From positions 61,382,001-61,446,000 of the forward strand of contig NC_087436.1 in the NCBI RefSeq assembly GCF_036321535.1: a DNA stretch of 64,000 bases, read 5' to 3'. The translations under genes and the position numbers were made by a program. Of this stretch, positions 63,330 to 64,000 are shown in pieces; within the stretch, counting starts at the first letter, position 1, and the number at the start of each line of letters is the position of its first letter. The notes under the pieces were generated by a model. It ran no database searches. It saw nothing but the letters and a program-made list of their open reading frames with translations, and was not told where the DNA came from. This DNA is from Camelus dromedarius (lineage: Eukaryota).

Positions 63330-64000
63330 AATAGTTACAAGGATGAGAAAATTACTTTTGTCTTCAAGGAACATATAGAGAAAGCAGTGGGAGAAAGAGA
63401 GAGAGATACAGTGTCCTATAAATAAACATACAATTATAAATGGTTATAAAGGAAAATATTTGGGGGCTTATGAGAGGAATTTGACTTAGTCAAGTGGGCT
63501 AGAGAAGATTTTAACAATAGGCAGTATTTTAACTGGTGTCTGAAGGATGAGGTGAAGTTAACTATATAAGAAAGGGTTGGGGAGCCACTTGGGTAGCAGA
63601 AACAGCATGTGCAAAGTCACTGTGGCTGGAGGGGCCACTGTGCATTTGGATAAGTGGAGGCAAATCAGTGCTGCTTAAGTACCTATAGCCAGGGCAGAGT
63701 GGCCTGTGATGTGATGGAAGAGGCAGGTGGGGGCCAGATTATGCAGAGTTTCATAGGCCTTTTTGAGGACTTTGATCCTTGTTCCAGGAGTAATAATGAG
63801 CCACTGAAAGATTTAAAGGAATAGTGTGATTAGATTAGTATTTTAGAAAGATGGCTTGATTACCTAATAGATAAAGTTTGGGGTGGTGGGAGGAGAAATA
63901 ACCAGGAAAAGAAAGGTTGGTCATTTTTAGGAATGGCTGATAGTTGAATCCCTGGTATTTCACTCACAGAAGAGGGAATTCATTTGAGGTGACTGAAAGA
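63330..64000 (-). mobile_element. L2 relic (runs off the window end)
   Basis: cagaaacagcatgtgcaaagtcac, ggggccagattatgcagag, gagccactgaaagatttaa, ttttagaaagat. Confidence 0.85.

Noticed and set aside
1..64000. Host gene identity and transcribed strand
   Set aside because: No identifiable exon. Long T runs only modestly outnumber long A runs (about 13 vs 9 runs of 10 nt or more, counted by eye), too weak to call the strand.
1..64000. CRISPR array, operon or other prokaryotic-type system
   Set aside because: There are no regularly spaced direct repeats or long ORFs, and the repeat content is clearly eutherian.

Overview
AT-rich, CpG-poor mammalian non-coding DNA, either the interior of a very long intron or intergenic. 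I find no recognisable protein-coding exon, RNA gene, CpG island or promoter, and the short ORFs are chance or repeat-derived. The window is dense in ancient eutherian repeats: L2, MIR, MaLR MLT1, ERVL-type LTR33/LTR41, hAT MER20/MER58/MER45 and old L1M. It also has three tRNA-derived SINEs and three younger L1 3' fragments whose sequences resemble camelid vic-1-type SINEs and camelid L1, so the organism is probably a camel, alpaca or llama (inference). Between the repeats are repeat-poor, TAAT/octamer-rich blocks that look like conserved non-coding elements. The most unusual items are a perfect 15-bp hairpin with a TGCATG (RBFOX-motif) loop overlapping a possible 20-nt exon at 61.4 kb, a candidate 9-nt microexon at 53.3 kb, several strong orphan splice-site pairs, a minus-strand CAG|GTGAG recursive-splice-like site, and an inverted TCF/LEF site pair. 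I cannot support a claim of a new biological system. Repeat subfamilies were recognised by eye, and boundaries are approximate unless TSDs are given.
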